Part shown: one piece after another, positions 61,869 through 64,000 of the stretch
Numbering within the stretch: position 1 is the stretch's first letter
Layout of the letters: each line of letters starts with the position of its first letter
Assembly (NCBI GenBank): GCA_024137785.1
Contig: JAHRHZ010000066.1
Span: forward strand, 10,312,262 to 10,376,261
Source of the DNA: Ginglymostoma cirratum
Lineage: Eukaryota
Length of the DNA: 64,000 bases
Direction: 5' to 3'
Position numbers and translations under genes: made by a program
Notes under the pieces: generated by a model
The model's input: only the letters and a program-made list of their open reading frames with translations
Database searches by the model: none
Told to the model about the DNA's origin: nothing

Positions 61869-62272
61869 TTCTCCAATAGTGTTCTTGGTTCATTTTGAGG
61901 AAATGAGGGATGCACGCATTGTAATATTTTCTCTTTGGGGGAAGGGCAAGGAAATGGACGTGAGGAGTGTCGGATCAGTGATGATCCTATTGAAAGTTGC
62001 AGCAGGCCTGAAGGACCAAATGGCCTACTTCTGTTCCTATTTCTTATGGTCTTAACCCTGCAGCTGATGGATAATATTTAGTACATTCTGAACAAAAGTG
62101 GAGCTCATGTTTTTTTTTTCTCATTTTACTTGATTTGCCTCTAAACCTGTTACAAAGTTCTCATGTTGTACAGACCTCAGGCTGTAAAGTAGTTTCACTG
62201 TTGAAGAGATGGCTTTTAAAACAGCAAACATATTTTTATTGAAGGAACATGTACCATTCTACTGTAAAGTAA

Positions 62273-62278
62273 AATAAA
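62273..62278 (+). promoter_or_regulatory. Candidate poly(A) signal of the PRTase gene
   Basis: First AATAAA I found downstream of the stop codon. Confidence 0.45.
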
Positions 62279-64000
62279 AAACAATCTGAACATAAAACTG
62301 CGACTTCTAAAATACTGTGATCACCAAAATGAGTAGACACAGAGAAGAAACGATTTATCAATCTTGGTAACCACAAAGATGAAGGAAACAACTGTGTTCC
62401 TATCAAGAGGCTTGCATATAATACTGTGTAAGGTCATCATAGAAATAATCGTTGTCCCCTTCACTCTCTTTACCTCAACTGTGGATTAATGACCATGGGT
62501 TTTCATATGGTTGGATTCAATTCCCAAGTCCTTACCCCCTTCACAATAGCAAGCAAATCTAAACTGCACTAAAATGTACTTTAGTGATGAATACAATAAG
62601 TTTGCATGAAATCCCATTGTTTTTAACTCATTTTGAATGGATTCATTACAGATGTCAGATAGCATGACTTCAACATTTCTCTATCTGTGGCACTTTCAAA
62701 ATCAGTTGGCTAACTTATCAATATCCTTACCATTAAACATTCCTATATATTAATTTTCCTAAATGACCAATCAATTGATCACTAGACTTAAAAGTGTAAA
62801 TCAAAAAAATAGGTTTGTCCAAACATTTAATCTCTAAATTTATATGTAATCTGGAGAAAGAATTTATCCCACAACAATATTGTAAACACGCATATCATAA
62901 AGAAAGGCTGTTGAGGCTATTTTGAGGAATGACCCCACTATGTGGTAAGTATTAACTGTTGGCGGAGGCAGGCTGGGGCGGTTGGGATAAACTGCCCATC
63001 ACACAACTCATCTAATTGTCCTTCACATCGAAGGAAGTCAATGAGGAGGAAAATCAAGTGGGTGTGTAAAACAGGTTTACAGGAAGGAAGCTGTTTTCTG
63101 ACCTCATTCTCACCTGACCCCCAAAGTTAAAATCCGTCCGTATCCAACATGTAAATTTCAGAGATCTACTGATTCAGTTGTAAGAATGTCTTGTTTGTTG
63201 GTTGATAGGTTAAAATACATGACATATTTTCTCCAGAAGTTAAGTTAAAACATACTTTGGATAAACTTATATTATAAATCAAGGAAGTTTAGGACCATGA
63301 AATTTCTTTTAAATTTTTTCACAACATATTATCAAAGAAAGTTTGCTGTCACTCAGATTTATCCAGAGGTCATATAGAAGAGCCTATTTTTTCACTTCCT
63401 CAAGGCATTCCAAAGAATGTAAGATCTAACAAATGGCTTTTATCCAGGCAAACAATTTGGCTGGGTGAGGGCTGCTGGTTAGAAGGCCACAAAAACTTGG
63501 CTATTTGGGAAAAGATCGTTGCACCAGTCACATAAAGCAAAGGGGTTAAAATATAAAAAAAAAAATGCTAGCATCTACATAGTACCTTTCATGGAACCAG
63601 GGTTATTGCAAAATAACTCATAACCAAAAAGGCAGAGACATGCCTCAATAATCCCAAAGAAGAGAGAAATGAAAGTAACATTCTTTATGAGTTATATTTA
63701 TCTAACAATTTGGGCATCACTTTTTGTTGTAAGTCAAAGAAATAAGGATTTGGAATGTATAATGGAACAGAGTCCTTAACTTGATGTGCAAGAAGAACTT
63801 TCAACAACATCATATTGCCACCAGTACATAGAATGATAGTGATGCTGACAATAGGGAGGCCCAGTTAGTCCCTGTCAGCAGGGAAACATTGTTCACAACC
63901 AGCAAGGGGATGGGGTGCAGGATTTTGTTGTGGTGTGGAGGCCGGGGCATTGCCACAGGAGTTTATAAAATGACACACCCAGATTTCTCATCTTTGCTAC

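Overview
Vertebrate genomic DNA. HE1/V-SINEs, Deu-domain SINEs, CR1 LINEs and Penelope-derived repeats point to a shark or other elasmobranch (inference). Three intact genes could be rebuilt exon by exon with consistent splice phases. (1) The last two coding exons of supt6h (+). (2) A convergent 4-exon, 600-aa group III secreted phospholipase A2-type gene (-) at the syntenic PROCA1 position, with signal peptide, furin site and intact catalytic motifs. (3) A 5-coding-exon, 210-aa APRT-like type I phosphoribosyltransferase (+) with an atypical PRPP loop (VDQWIETGGT). The ~25 kb between genes 2 and 3 looks intergenic but appears to hold two heavily decayed genes seen only as colinear motif remnants: an AP5Z1-like gene (~21.1-31.2 kb) and a divergent caspase-like gene (~37.9-43.5 kb). 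Both were aligned by eye to recalled sequences and need a real search. Other notable structure: a ~99%-identical 394-bp inverted duplication in an intron of the PRTase gene, several head-to-head pairs of Penelope-derived minimal hammerhead ribozyme motifs (one running into a 400-N gap), solo LTRs and short ORF-less LINE derivatives. Repeat boundaries are approximate.
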